The notes under the pieces were generated by a model. It searched no databases. It worked only from the letters and a program-made list of their open reading frames with translations, and was not told where the DNA came from. The translations under genes and the position numbers were made by a program. 64,000 bases of DNA from Octopus sinensis (Eukaryota). Shown piece after piece: positions 26,400 through 39,673 of this stretch (positions are counted from its first letter, which is position 1; every line of letters starts with the position of its first letter). Location of the stretch: assembly GCF_006345805.1 (NCBI RefSeq), contig NC_042999.1:43896001-43960000 (forward strand). The letters run 5' to 3'.

Positions 26400-26606
26400 T
26401 GTGTGTGTGTGTGTGTCGGTGTTTGTCCCCCCACCATCGTTTGACAATCGATGTGTGTTTACGTCCCTGTGACTTAGCAGTTTGGCAAAAGAGACTGATA
26501 GAATAAGTACTAGGCTCACAAAGAATAAGTCTTGGGGTCGATTTGTTCGACTAAAAGCGGTGCTTCAGCATGGCTGCAGTCAAATGACCGAAACAAATAA
26601 AAGAAT
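26205..26606 (+). mobile_element. Family B SINE
   Basis: Head, CORE-like block, (TA)n and tail present. Confidence 0.9.
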
Positions 26607-26615
26607 ACATGTGTG

Positions 26616-26650
<35 letters not shown>

Positions 26651-26679
26651 ATACGTTTATATATGATATATAATATGTA

Positions 26680-27236
26680 CACTTGCATCGGAAATTAATT
26701 AGCACTTCTCAAATTTCTACATTTTCTTAATTTAATTAACTTATTATCAGAAATGAACTCGTTTTTAATCAAAAATTTATTAAAACATATCCCAGCACAC
26801 CACATAATTGTTATTAATCGTGAAATTTAGTCAATATCTTGTTGCTCCTCCTTTGGCAGCAATGACAGCTGCTACGCGGGTCAGCATGCTGTCTATGAGT
26901 GCCTGCAGGTACTGTGCAGGGATGGCCCCTCATGCAGCAAGAAGTGCCCCAAACAGCTCGTGTCGGTTCCTGTATTGCTGCACATTCAAATCCCTACCCA
27001 ATCGACTCCAGAGGTTCTCAATAGGGTTCAGGTCAGGTGACTGGCCAGCACGTACTCCTCGCCACCAAAGAGGTATCCCGTACTATCTCAACGTACTTTG
27101 CTGCGTTAATGTTGCCTTCGACGGCATAGAGCCGCCCAACACCACTGTAGCTGAATGCCCCTCACACCATCAGACCACCCCCACCATGCTTCATGGTGAG
27201 CAAATCAAGGGTGCTAATTAATTTCTGACGGTAGTG
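26680..27236 (-). mobile_element. Internally deleted Tc1-like transposon with both TIRs and TA target duplication
   Basis: TIRs cacttgcatcggaaattaattagcac / gtgctaattaatttctgacggtagtg, each flanked by TA; minus strand encodes KHGGGGLMV, QSPDLNPIENLW and SMLTRVAAVIAAKGGATRY* (Tc1 DD34E motifs) with stops. Confidence 0.9.
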
Positions 27237-28115
27237 TATATACATACATATGCATATATATATATATGCGTGTATATATATATATATATATATATACTCA
27301 CATGTACATACATAATCATACACATATACACACAACTATTTTTTGATTATTCATTAACACTTTTAATAAACGATCTTAATATATGTGTTAGCGAAGGTAA
27401 GGAGTGTAATGAGAGTAATAAGAGGCAGCAGCAATAAGGAAAGTACTGAATGGTAAAGGTGGGGGTGGGGCCGGGCAAATTGTCCAGAGAGGTCAGACAT
27501 GCATTCAGATACATCATGGTTATAAGTGCAAAGACATTGTTCTTGCTAATCGTAAAAAAATGAAAAGTGATGAATAAAAATATAAACGAAGTAGAAGAAT
27601 AACTTTATACAATACAATGTTATTTCTAAGCATATTCATTGGGGTGGTGGTGGTGGTGGTGGTGGTGGGGTTACATTTTACTCTCTCTTTTTTTCCATAT
27701 CTGATTTTGGTGAAATGTGGGCGAAAATGCACAATTTTCCTTCCCTCCCCCCCCCCGGTCTAAGTTTTGTTAAGTAAACAAAAATAACAATAGCATTTTT
27801 CTTTTTTGTTCTTTTCTTTCTTTCTTTTTTTTGTTTGGATCGATAAACTGCAACTGGCAGAAGTTATGTACTAAAAAGAACTATAGAATTTAGTCATTCC
27901 CTACAACCAACAAATTGAATGTGTTGGTTGGAGAGAAAAAGGTGAGTTGTTTAACTCACCCACTCCTACCCTCGAAACACTCACCTCCACCACCAACCTC
28001 AACTCGGCCCTGATTGAGTAGCAGACTTTTAATGAATGATACTCGAACTCTGAGCTGCCAGATTTTCTTTTTTTTTTTTGACTAGATATCATGTACTCTG
28101 GTGGGTCTATATTAT

Positions 28116-28171
28116 CTAGCTGGTAATCCACAACCCAAAGAGTTGAAGCACTGAGCTGCGTCGGCTAAATT
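28116..28171 (-). CDS. Candidate terminal coding exon of an unidentified gene
   Basis: Strong acceptor ttttcttttcttttattacatcag; phase-1 reading (E)FSRRSSVLQLFGLWITS*; unique sequence. No homology recognised. Confidence 0.3.
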
Positions 28172-28934
28172 CTGATGTAATAAAAGAAAAGAAAATAGAA
28201 ATAAAACAATAAACGTCAGTAGAGTTACTGTATAATGGCCATGAATGAAAATGAAAATGTTTCAAATCCCTAGAGTGAAAACATTATGAATCCTTTTTAA
28301 ATTTTTTCTCACAATCAGGTTTTTTTTTAAATAAAAAATTTCTATTCATATAACTTTGGTAGCTGATGATGGAAATCACATTCTTTTTTTTTTTTATAGA
28401 AATTTATAATCCTTTCTGCTATAGGATTAGTAATTTGGTGGGGAGGAGCTAATCGACCCCAGTATTTTACTGGTACTTAATTTATCGACCCGAATGGATG
28501 AAAAGCAAAGTCGAACTCGGTGAAATTTGAACTCAGAATGTGAAGGCAGACGAAATGCCGCTAAGCATTTTGCCTGGTGTGCTAACGATTCTGCCAGCCG
28601 CCACCTTTTTCTAGAAATTAATAATAAAAAAAAGTTACAAACCTTTAAAGTTGTGTAATTTTAGCCAATCATAAACCACCATTGCTGACATGCCAGAACT
28701 CACAGTTGCCTGTTTTCATGAGAACAGCCTTAACATTATAAATTATAACTGAATTAATTACAAAGGCAGCGAGCTGGTGGAATCATTAGCATGCCGGGGA
28801 AAATGCTTAGTAGCATTTCATCTGTCTTTACGTTCTTAGCTCAAATTCCACCGAGGTCGACTTTGCCTTTCATCCTCTCAGGGTCAATAAAGCAAGTACC
28901 AGTTGAATACTGGGATCGGTGTAATCGACTTGCT

Positions 28935-29112
28935 CATCATCATTTAGCGTCCGCTTTCCATGCTAGCATGGGTTGGACGGTTCAACTAGGGTCTGGGAAG
29001 CCAGAAGGCTGCACCAGGCCCAGTCTGATCTGGCAATGTTTCTACGGCTAGATGCCCTTCCTAACGCCAACCACTTCGTGAGTGTAGTGGGTGCTTTTTA
29101 CGTGCTACCGGC
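28935..29112 (-). mobile_element. Family D repeat (RTE-associated tail, (ATG)n end) inserted in a family A SINE
   Basis: gatgcccttcctaacgccaaccac motif shared with copies at 37345, 39875, 49251 and 52100. Confidence 0.75.
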
Positions 29113-30938
29113 AAAATTGCTGGTCTTGTGCCAAAATATGAAACCAGTGTTTAATGAAATGCAACTAAAATGTTATGCAGCCTTAAACAGGAATAAAGGC
29201 AAATCAACATCGCAATTTTACAATATCTAACATGTCTTTCAGACCCACTTTTTTTTAAGAGGTAGGATATGATCCGAGGGAGTTGAGGGATGTATTCGTC
29301 AAAAATCCATCGAATCACCACCTTAGGATATGAGATAAGGAAGGACAAAAATACCCCTAATAAAGCCTCTAAAAAGGACGAGATGACACAGTTGGAATGC
29401 CTTTCGTCATAGATCTACTGGATCAGGGGTGATTTGAATCCTAACAACATTATAACCAACACTTAATTTGTCGGGAACACATGTTCAGTTGTGTATTGGT
29501 TCATTGAGCTTCTATAGAACTGATGATCATGGAAGTGACAGTGGTGGTGGTGGTGGTGGTAAGGGGTTACATATGGCAATGGTGGATGATGTTTAACCTA
29601 AAACTAAAATTTTCTATTGTTCTCGTCACACACGTGTTTTCTGTGCCAAGGTTTATCTGGTTAAATCAAAGATGTTAATCTTTCCAAGACAATAACACGA
29701 TTATAACATCCAGATAACCTGATAATTTGTTCTTTTTAGCTGCCTTTTGTCAATAAGTGTATGCATATATACATTCATACATACATACATACATACATAC
29801 ACACATAAGAGACACGTGTACATATATGGATGGATGGATAGAGGCAAAAATGGGGAAAACAGAGAGATAGAGATGTATAGTTATAATGAAATAAAAGATG
29901 GACAGGTGATTGTTAGTGACATCAAAGCATTTACAAATTAGTTTCCTTATCGTTTGAAGTTGGATTTTAGCTATTTGATCTGGTCTGAGTATTAATCTGT
30001 CTGTATCTCTTATAAGTTTTTTTTTTTTTTTATGTTTCTTACCCGTTATGTAGTGTATGTGTGAGTACATATACACATACATGCACACACACACACACAC
30101 ACAAATAAATTAGGTTTCTTAGAACTAGAAAGGAGGAGGAGGAAATTGATCAGAAGACGACAGATCCAACCCATCACTAGAACTGCAACAATTTGTAGAA
30201 CTTTCCAGAGGTTTACAATTTAAGAATATATGATCACGTCTAGACATGCAACTATATTCATAGGAATACCTCATGAAATAAAACAAAAATATGCACATGT
30301 ACTGACTCCAAATACTGCACGCATTACACACGTACATGTAAAAGCAGCCTGTTAATGTTCTCTTTTACTCTTTTACTTGTTTCAGTCATTTGACTGTGAC
30401 CATGCTGGAGCACCACCTTTAGTCAAGCAAATTGACCCCAGGACTTATTCTTTGGGAGTCTAGTACTTATTCTATTGGTCCCTTTTGCCAAACCGCTAAG
30501 TTATGGGGATGTAAACACACCAACATCGGTTGTCAAGTGATGTTGGGGGACAAACACAGACACACAAACACATATATATATACATATATACGACGGGATT
30601 CTTTCAGTTTCCTTCTACCAAATCCACTCACAAGGCTTTGGTCAGCCCGAGGCTATAGTAGAAGACACTTGCCCAAGGTGCCATGCAGGAATGAACCCGG
30701 AACCAAAATTATCCATTTTTCATTTCATGTCATTCAGTTTCACCCCATGAAGTGTGAGAGAAGGAAATCTTGTGAGACTGTCTTGTAAAGCTTTACTGCC
30801 AGTGCTCCGGTTATTAATGAGAATACTTTTGACATATGAATGAATGAAATAAGATATCTTCCTAAATAATTAATTTCACTTTGATACTGCTTCGACAAAG
30901 TAAGATCAGAGAGTATAAGCTAATTTTGAAAATAAAAA

Positions 30939-31117
30939 AAAGTGTAGGTGGTGTACATTTTTTTATCAGTGAGATAATTATTTATACACAATGTAGGTAT
31001 ACACACACACACATACAGACGCACACACCTAAACTGCTGACACATTTCCAAACACACCTCCATACATTTTCTCTGAGCTAGCTTAAATACTTAAAAGTAT
31101 GCATCGTCTGGGATGAT

Positions 31118-31174
<57 letters not shown>

Positions 31175-31250
31175 TGTGTGTACATACATTGTGTATAAAT
31201 AATTATCTCTATCACTGGTAAAAAAAAAAATAGCACACCACCTACACTTT
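30939..31250. mobile_element. MITE-like element with ~70-bp imperfect inverted arms and inner (CA)n/(TG)n
   Basis: aaagtgtaggtggtgt...gagataattatttatacacaatgta mirrored by tacattgtgtataaataattatctc...acaccacctacacttt. Confidence 0.75.
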
Positions 31251-31815
31251 GTGTGTGTATGCGTATGTTTGTGTGTGCGTGCATGTGTCTGTGTTCATCG
31301 AGCTAGTTAAAATATTGTCAGGACGAATATATTATATTTATATCAGTATATTCCATATCTTATCATGAAGGTTTCTGCTCCATTACTAATTGCTGTTTTT
31401 CTCCTGGTACAAACTAGTCCTTAGCCTTAGAACCTTCAGTCCTCTACATATCAACCACCCTGAGGGCATGCAAAAGCAGAGCGAAGCGAGAAGCGAGCAC
31501 CATCTCGTTGAAATAATATTTTCTTTTTGTGCTAACATGGGAGCCTCTACGTGGGTGCTCGACCTGCTACAAAGTGCTGTTAAATCCCTCTCATCAGTTG
31601 TCAAGCGATGGTGGCGGGGGGACAAACACAGACACACAAACATATACATATATATATATATACAACAAGCTTCTTTCAGTTTCCGTCTACCAAATCCACT
31701 CACAAGGCTTTGGTCGGCCCGAGGCTATAGTAGAAGACACTGAACCCCGAACCATGCAGTTGGTAAGCAAGCTACTTACCACACAGCCACTCCTACACCC
31801 ATAAAAAGGTAGGCA

Positions 31816-31857
31816 TCCCCATGCTAGGAATTGAACCCGGGCTGCCTGGATGAAAAC
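31816..31857 (-). pseudogene. tRNA-Glu(TTC) 3'-half pseudogene
   Basis: Minus strand GTTTTCATCCAGGCAGCCCGGGTTCAATTCCTAGCATGGGGA matches the anticodon-loop-to-acceptor half of metazoan tRNA-Glu(TTC) with CpG-type decay; the 5' half is absent. Confidence 0.75.
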
Positions 31858-32299
31858 AAATTAACATTTACAATAAAATTTTGCTCTGCATTACAAACCT
31901 TTGCTCTAACTCTAACCCCATGATACCTTCATGGTTTGCTATGGCAAAATATAACTTGCACATTGCAAGTGTCTGTCAGATGGAACAAATCTGATTGACG
32001 ACAATTATTGTCTCAAAAACAAGCATGGGTTTCCATAATATTAAGAACAGATAAATCTGACTGGCTAAAATTTCAGTCTTTATAGTTTTGTAACTTTTTT
32101 TTGTGGTAAATCTCTCATAAATAATTATGATTATGGTATTTGGTATGCAAAACTACATCTGTGTTGATAATTTTAATAAAATCAGATCATGTGTACCAAG
32201 TTGAAACGCTCTGTCTATTCTAGTAGCTACCAATCTGGATTCATGAATATTTTATCAGGGTTCAGAAAGAGAAGGAGTTTTAACAGGATTATTCAGTAA

Positions 32300-32471
32300 T
32301 AGGTGCAGGAGTGGATGTATGGTAACTAGCTTGCTTACCAACCACATAGTTCCGTGTTCAGTCCCACTATGTGGCACTTTGGGCAAGTGTCTTCTACTAT
32401 AGCCTCGGGCCGACCAAAGCCTTGTGAGTGGATTTGGTAGACGGAAACTGAAAGAAGCCCGCCGTATATAT

Positions 32472-32543
<72 letters not shown>

Positions 32544-32970
32544 TGTATATATATATATGTGTTTGTGTGCCTGTGTTTGTCCCCCCAACATCGCTTGACA
32601 ACCGATGCTGGTGTGTTTACATCCCTGTAACTTAGTAGTTCAGCAAAAAAGACTGATAGAATAAGTACTAGGCTTCCAAAGAATAAGTCCTGAGGTCGAT
32701 TTGCTTAACTAAAAGTGGTGCTCCAGCATGGCCACAGTCAAATGACTGAAACAAGTAAAAGAGTAAAGTTTGACACAAAAGTTTTATCAAAATAGATATT
32801 ATCTTTTATCTTTTTCAGTCATCTGACTGTGGCCATGCTGGTACACCCCATTGTGGGGTTTAGTTAAACAAATTGACCCACACAGTGCCTGTTTTTTTTT
32901 TTTACTAAATTCTAACAAACCAACCATTGGTTGTCAAGCAGTGGTGGGGGACAAACACAGACATGCACAC

Positions 32971-33008
<38 letters not shown>

Positions 33009-33155
33009 ACTTTTTTAGTTTCCTTCTACCAAATCCACTCACAAGACTTTGATCGGTCTGGGGCTATGGTAGAAGACACTTTGACCAAGGTGCCAAAAAG
33101 TGAGACTGAACCCAGATCCATGTGGTTGGAAAGCAAACTTCTTACCACATGGCCA
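32300..33155. mobile_element. Tail-to-tail inverted pair of family B SINEs
   Basis: Plus copy ~32300-32768; minus copy ~32800-33155. Confidence 0.85.
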
Positions 33156-33444
33156 CCCCAACACCTAGTTAATATTAATGTTCATGTTACAATAACTAAA
33201 AATTTGATTCAGAGGAAAATTAATTTTACAAACAATGTCAGACCTTTTCTGCTCCCTGGAGATCGTTAGGTAAAAAGACTACAACTAAAAGAATAATGTA
33301 ATGAGACATGGCTATGTTGAAAATATAGAATAAGAATTTTGTTCCTATTAATTTTCATTATCAATTTACAGTGCACTATTTTAAATAATCTAACATTTTA
33401 TTTTTATCAGTCTATACTTTAAAATGTAGTAAATTTCTATTGCT

Positions 33445-33697
33445 GCACAGCGACAATTTCATCTCAATCAAAGGAGAAGGGCTTTCTCCGTCCGGGTTGC
33501 GGATCCGTGGAATAAGCTGCCGGACGAGATAGCGAAGATGCCGACGACCGCTCGGTTCAAAGTCTCTCTTGACCAGAAATGGCCTGAACTCTTTTCATGA
33601 ACACCCTCCTTGTACATAACTCCATGTCCCCCTACATGGCCTTGCTTTTTTGCTTTTTGAGCCAAAAAATTAACTTAACTTAACTTTAACTTAACTA
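33445..33697 (+). mobile_element. CR1-clade LINE 3' end with (TTAAC)n tail
   Basis: QRQFHLNQRRRAFSVRVADPWNKLPDEIAKMPTTARFKVSLDQKWPELFS* (CR1 FS.RV...WN.LP...FK..LD motif); short 3' UTR; CpGs retained, suggesting a recent insertion. Confidence 0.85.
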
Positions 33698-34435
33698 ATA
33701 ATTTTCTATTTCCAAGGAAATTTGTTGTCAGTTTAAAGTTTGCTTTTATTGAACAAAGACAATAATAAAAATATTCTTTCTCTAAATATTAGCTTTAATT
33801 CAGCAAATAGTCAAAAATCTTTTGGGGCACGATGTGGGTGAGGAATTGAACTTTCTTATGACCACTTTGCCGATTGGCCAATTATGGGAATAACATACAC
33901 TATTTAGCACTATATTTCAGCAATGATGTGCTCAATTTATCTTTTGGTGGGACCAGAACAGCCTAATTCATAATTTGGGTTCCAGGCCAACAAAACTGGT
34001 AATCACAATTCACACAAAGACTCAGTCAGAATCACACCTTTGGCAGTCTCCCCTGATTTTTCTATTCATCCATCATACATCATACTATTCTGTAATAAAC
34101 AGCACAATAAGACAAAGAGCTGGTGATCTGTGTGAAAACATAAAAGTGCAAGTCATGTACAAGTAACAGAATGTACCATTGCTAGGGTTTACAAATGAAT
34201 GAAAACACCAACATAAGAAATTATGCAAAGCTTCTTTTGTTACGTGAGATTTTTCTGATATTTCTGATGACATACAGAATATAGGAGAATATGATCTTTG
34301 TTGTATTAATATTGAAGAGAAAACCACTGGAGGGGGTTATTTTCAATAACACTGAAGATTTCATTGTTAAAACTAAAATCCCCTGAAATTAATGTGCTTA
34401 CTATGACACTTCAGGATCATAACCTCTGCAGGCTC

Positions 34436-34658
34436 TCTCTCTTTTACTCTTTTACTCTTTTACTTGTTTCAGTCATTTGACTGCGGCCATGCTGGAGCAC
34501 CGCCTTTAGTCGAGCAAATCGACCCCGGGACTTATTCTTTGTAAGCCCAGTACTTATTCTATCGGTCTCTTTTGCCGAACCGCTAAGTGACGGGAACGTA
34601 AACACACCAGCATCGGTTGTCAAGCAATGCTAGGGGGACAAACAGACACACAAACACG

Positions 34659-34696
<38 letters not shown>

Positions 34697-34868
34697 CATA
34701 TATACGACGTGCTTCTTTCAGTTTCCGTCTACCAAATCCACTCACAAGGCATTGGTCAGCCTGGGGCTATAGCAGAAGACATTTGCCCAAGATGCCACGC
34801 AGTGGGACTGAACCCAGAACCATGTGGTTGGTTAGCAAGCTACTTACCACACAGCCACTCCTGCACCT
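34436..34868 (-). mobile_element. Family B SINE
   Basis: Full copy with (cttttact)n tail. Confidence 0.9.
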
Positions 34869-35277
34869 TGACAAAAAAAAAAAAAAAACGGAAATTATAA
34901 ATACAACATGTAAAATGGCTCAATAGGAAATCAACTAAGTGTGAAAGTTGTGCATTGAATATATAAACAACACTTTGAAGCAGATATTACAAATGAATAT
35001 ATATATATATATATATAATATATATATATATATATTATATATATATATATATTCATTTGTAATATCTGCATTTAAGCAGATATTACAAATGAACATAAGA
35101 CTGCTTAAATGCAAGAAAGTATACTAGTCCCTTAATATTTGATATTCAATATTCATCTATTCAATAAGACAATACTTCATTTCATTTTACTATATATACT
35201 ATATATTCTATATTCTACATTAATATTATAAAGAATATAAATAAAACAAAAAACAGACAGAGTTGGAATTCCTTTAA

Positions 35278-35309
<32 letters not shown>

Positions 35310-35974
35310 ACACTTATATATATACATATATATATATATATTCAGTATTTACAAATCATTATAGATACCCACAATCTTTAAAAATATGTTAAACTGATAC
35401 TGTCCACTTAAAATAATAATACAAAAATCTTATAAACACTCATTTATAAAGTCAAGTTAAAGAGCAACCCCTTGTAATGATGATGTAACAGAGATCTTAA
35501 GAGAATGAAGCTTTTAGTTCAAAAATTACTTAAAGAAAAAAAATTGTAGCAGGAACAAACAGCTGATCATGTACATTAGTAAAGACAAAGGAAAGTGAAA
35601 AACGTTTAATAAATTTTATGATATAACGGAGAAGGGTATGGCTATGTGATGAAGAAATTCATTTTACAACCATATAATTTTGGGTTCACTCCCATTACTG
35701 TATGACACTTTGGGCAAGTATTTTCTACAATATCCCTGGGCAGTTATGTCACCCTCCTACAAAACTTGTAAAATTAATTACAGACAAAAGACAGGGTTTG
35801 ATATAATCAACTAAAATTCCTTGAAAGTGGTGTCCCAGCCTGGTTACAGTCTAATGACAGAAACAGGTCAAAGAATAAAGCTATATGAATGTCTCTAAAG
35901 AATTATATGGATACAAATTCTGTTTTCAATAATAAATCTCTGGACGAGATGTAAACAGTAAGTGCACGACAACG

Positions 35975-36597
35975 TAAAGTATACTAGCCATCTCAATATG
36001 ACTAACCACTAAGGGTGGGTGTTACTGTAGCTTGTAGCCCCAGGAGATCATCATCTCTAGCTGGCTTTAGGCACACTTTCTGTGCACTTATGGTATCTGC
36101 AAAGGGAGGTCATCCCTCTCTCATCAACCTAAGTGATACGCACAGACTGCAGTTTCTAGGTATTTGCCTGTCTTCGACGTATGGCAATCACCGGTTTTCC
36201 ATGAAGGGAGACCGTTTGCAAATACTTATTTATTGTTTTTCCAGTAACTTCCGTCACTGATTTCGAAAAACTGTCCGCAAGCAATAATAAATCTGAGACA
36301 GTTTTTCGAAATCAGTGACGGAAGTTACTGGAAAAACAATAAATAAGTATTTGCAAACGGTCTCCCTTCATGGAAAACCGGTGATTGCCATACGCCGAAG
36401 ACAGGCAAATACCTAGAAACTGCAGTCCGTGCATATCACTTAGGTTGACGAGAGTTGGATGACCTCCCTTTGCAAATACCATAAGGGCACAGAAAGTGTG
36501 TCTAAAGCCAGCTGGAGACGATGATCTCCTGGGGCTACAAGCTACAGTAACACCCACCCTTAGTGGTTAGCCATATTGAGATGGCTAGTATACTTTA
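35975..36597. mobile_element. Foldback MITE with ~300-bp TIRs and 21-bp spacer
   Basis: Arms 35975-36275 and 36297-36597; mirrored ORFs 36015 (+) and 36557 (-) nearly identical; ends gTAA|AG...CT|TTAA fit a Kolobok-type TTAA target (or a TA target). Confidence 0.9.
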
Positions 36598-37038
36598 AGT
36601 CCTGTTTTGTTTTCTCATTAATAAAGAGGCAGGAGCCGAAATTTCATTAATAGTTTGGGCCTAGTATTTTTGTCAGTTTGAAAACTATTAGGTTGAATGG
36701 TGGATTGATAATGTCTTGTGGTACTGAGTTGTAGTTCTTTATAGTCTGAGTTTGGTTTTCATAGAGGGTCACTTTATGTTTCATCTTTGTGAGGCTAATA
36801 AAATAAATATGAGTCCAGTATTAGGATTGATACTGTCAGCTGACACTCTTCCAATCAATGTGTGTGTGTGTGTTTGTGTGCATCAGAAAAGCTAATGCAA
36901 AGAAACTTGTAACTGCAACCCTATAACATAAAATTATTTGTATCTGCTCAACATTTTGTATGGAGTTCTATATATGATAATGTTTATTCATTATCACATA
37001 TGTACGACATATAACTATCTGTTAAACACCCAGACATC

Positions 37039-37078
<40 letters not shown>

Positions 37079-37344
37079 CTAGGGTATTTACAATATGAAA
37101 GATCAATTATCAATTATGCCTGTACCAAATCCACTAACAAAGCTTTAATTTGCCCACGGATATAGTAGGAGATACTTGCCCAAGGTGTCATACAGTTGAA
37201 CTGATTCTGGAGCCATTTGGTCAGAAAGCAGACTTCTCAATTACACATGTGCCTGGTGGTTATAAATACATTTATTTATAAATATAATATTGATCTCAAA
37301 TTTTGGCACAAGGCCTACAATTTCAAGGGAGGAGGTTAATTGAT

Positions 37345-37785
37345 TACAAAAAGCACCAGCCGAATGTGGCCGATGCCAGCGCCGCCTCGACTGGCTTCTG
37401 TGCCAGTGGCACATAAAAAGCACCATTTGAACGTGGCCGTTGCCAGCGCCACCTTGACTGGCTTCTGTGCCAGTGGCACATAAAAAGCACCATCCGAACG
37501 TGGCTGATGCCAGCACCACCTTGACTTGCTTCCGTGCCGGTGGCACGTTAAAAGCACCAACTGATCGTGGCCGATGCCAGACTCCCCTGGCACCTGTGCC
37601 AGTGGTGCGTAAAAAGCACCCACTACACTCGCGGAGTGGTTGTTGTTAGGAAGGGCATCCAGCTGTAGAAACACTGCCAGATCAGACTGGAGCCTGGTGC
37701 AGCCCCTGGCTTCCCAGACCCCGGTCGAACCGTCCAATCCGTGCTAGCACGGAAAACGGACGTTAAACGATGATGATGATGATGA
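37345..37785 (+). mobile_element. Family D repeat with four ~62-67-bp tandem units, nested in an antisense family A SINE
   Basis: Units aaaaagcacc...gtgccagtggcacat start at ~37348, 37415, 37482 and 37549; then gttgttaggaagggcatccagctgtagaaac and a (gat)n tail. Confidence 0.85.
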
Positions 37786-38439
37786 TTGACCCCAGTGTTC
37801 AACTGGTACTTATTTTATTGACCCCAAAAGGATGAAAGGCAAATTTGGCAGAATTCGAACTCAGAACGTAAAGACAGATTAAATGCTGCTGAACATTTTA
37901 CCTGGCATGCTAGTAATTCTGCCAATTTGCCCCTTATTTATAAATATATTAAAAATATATGCTATAGCTTCTGGATATTAAAACATATCATATGTGGCTC
38001 TTCTTATCAAACAACTTGGCCATTCTTGATATATATGACCAGTTCATTTCTGCTCTTGTCCAACTGCTACAAGAAATTTTCTGTGAGTTGTACTAACACT
38101 TGTCTTTTGTCTTTCATCAAATTGTTTTTAAGCTCACAAGCAGCAATTCAACAAACTCCTTGTTTGAATAATTTAAGAAATTGTGATAATATTTTATTTT
38201 TATCTAAATAGCAACATTTTTTTATAAAATAGGATGCAAATTTTAATTGTAAACTAATATATATAATATATATATATATATTATATATATATATATATAA
38301 TATATATATATATATATAATATATATATATATTATATATATATATAAATTTATATAAATAAGGATAAGACCATTATTTAAATATCGAACTTGTCAAGTGG
38401 CCAGCATGGGAATAAAAACCTTAGATACCCTAAATTATA

Positions 38440-38493
<54 letters not shown>

Positions 38494-39220
38494 ATACAAA
38501 GAAAGAAGTGAATAAATAAAATGGCATGCACACGATTTCCATTATAAATGGATACTGATGTTCTCATCTAACAGTTTTGGGGGTTTACCCAAAACTCTTA
38601 TGGCAATACTTTGGGTGGTTGAAATGTTGAAGTGGGGAACAGCAAAATACTTTCATGAGTATCCTCTGACACTTAGATGAGATGGGACACCAACGATGTC
38701 AAAAACTTCTTTGTCAGCATTTCAGCTCCTACAAAAGTCTTATATTCCACAGGTCAAAAAATCTAATTCCCCAAGGAATTACTATATTTCAGTATCTTAT
38801 ACCATTCAGCCATTGATGCAGTAACCTCCAATTCCACAACATTTAAAAAATGACAGAAACATTTGATACAGACACCAAATAATACAACGATTTTAATTTT
38901 CCGTTGTTGGTCTAATTGGTTCAATTATGGATAATTACTGTGGCTTGTTAGATAACAATGCAGTAATTATTGATAATTCATTTGCCTTCTAATGACTAAT
39001 CAAGTAACAAACCATCTATGCACATAAATTGTTAGTCATTTCAAATTTAAAGTGTAATGAACTCAATACCAAATATCAAGTTAACAATATGGTTTCCTTT
39101 CAATGATTTTAGTAACTGGGCTCTGGCCATAGCAGGGCAACACTGACTTAGAGAGTTTTAGTCTCTTATACCAAGTTCAGCATACAGCCTGGCAATCATT
39201 TTAATTAGCTCTATGTATTA

Positions 39221-39616
39221 CTAGCAGTATAGCCTGGTATTGCTTGGGTTTGTTTCGATCCTTTAGAATTGGAATTTTTGAAAAGTAAAAATTTTGCATT
39301 ATGTAGTTTGTTATTCTTTTTAAGCGAACATTTTTCTGATTGAAATACACCGAAAAATGGCAACACAGCAGTAAAAAAATCGTAAAAAATAGGGATTTTT
39401 CATAGATAAAAAGCACCTTGTTGATGTAAATAATTTTTGGTGTTAACATGGTCCGATTTGAATTTTGTCTTCTACAGAGTGAAGAACAAGCCTTCTTCTA
39501 TCATACTCACAATTTTGATCAACTTGCGCTGCAGGGTCTTGGAGGAGATAGTGTTAGTTGAAGGCTACCAAACCTGCCACACACACACAGACAACCTCAG
39601 CTTTATATATATATGT
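39221..39616 (-). mobile_element. Non-autonomous Helitron
   Basis: Minus strand ends with a decayed hairpin cccaagcaataccagg plus CTAG|T; opposite end atatatatataaagctg with (TG)n, typical of Helitron-N elements. Confidence 0.7.
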
Positions 39617-39673
39617 ATATATATATATATGTGACTGCATTTACATTGAGTTAAGTAGTTTTTAGGGACTTAC

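Noticed and set aside
36015-36557. Two near-identical convergent 81-aa ORFs
   Set aside because: Mirror images produced by the MITE TIRs; GTG starts and no recognisable domain.
37348-37625. CRISPR-like array
   Set aside because: Spacer-like parts are homologous to each other, there are no cas genes, and the context is a eukaryotic retroposon.
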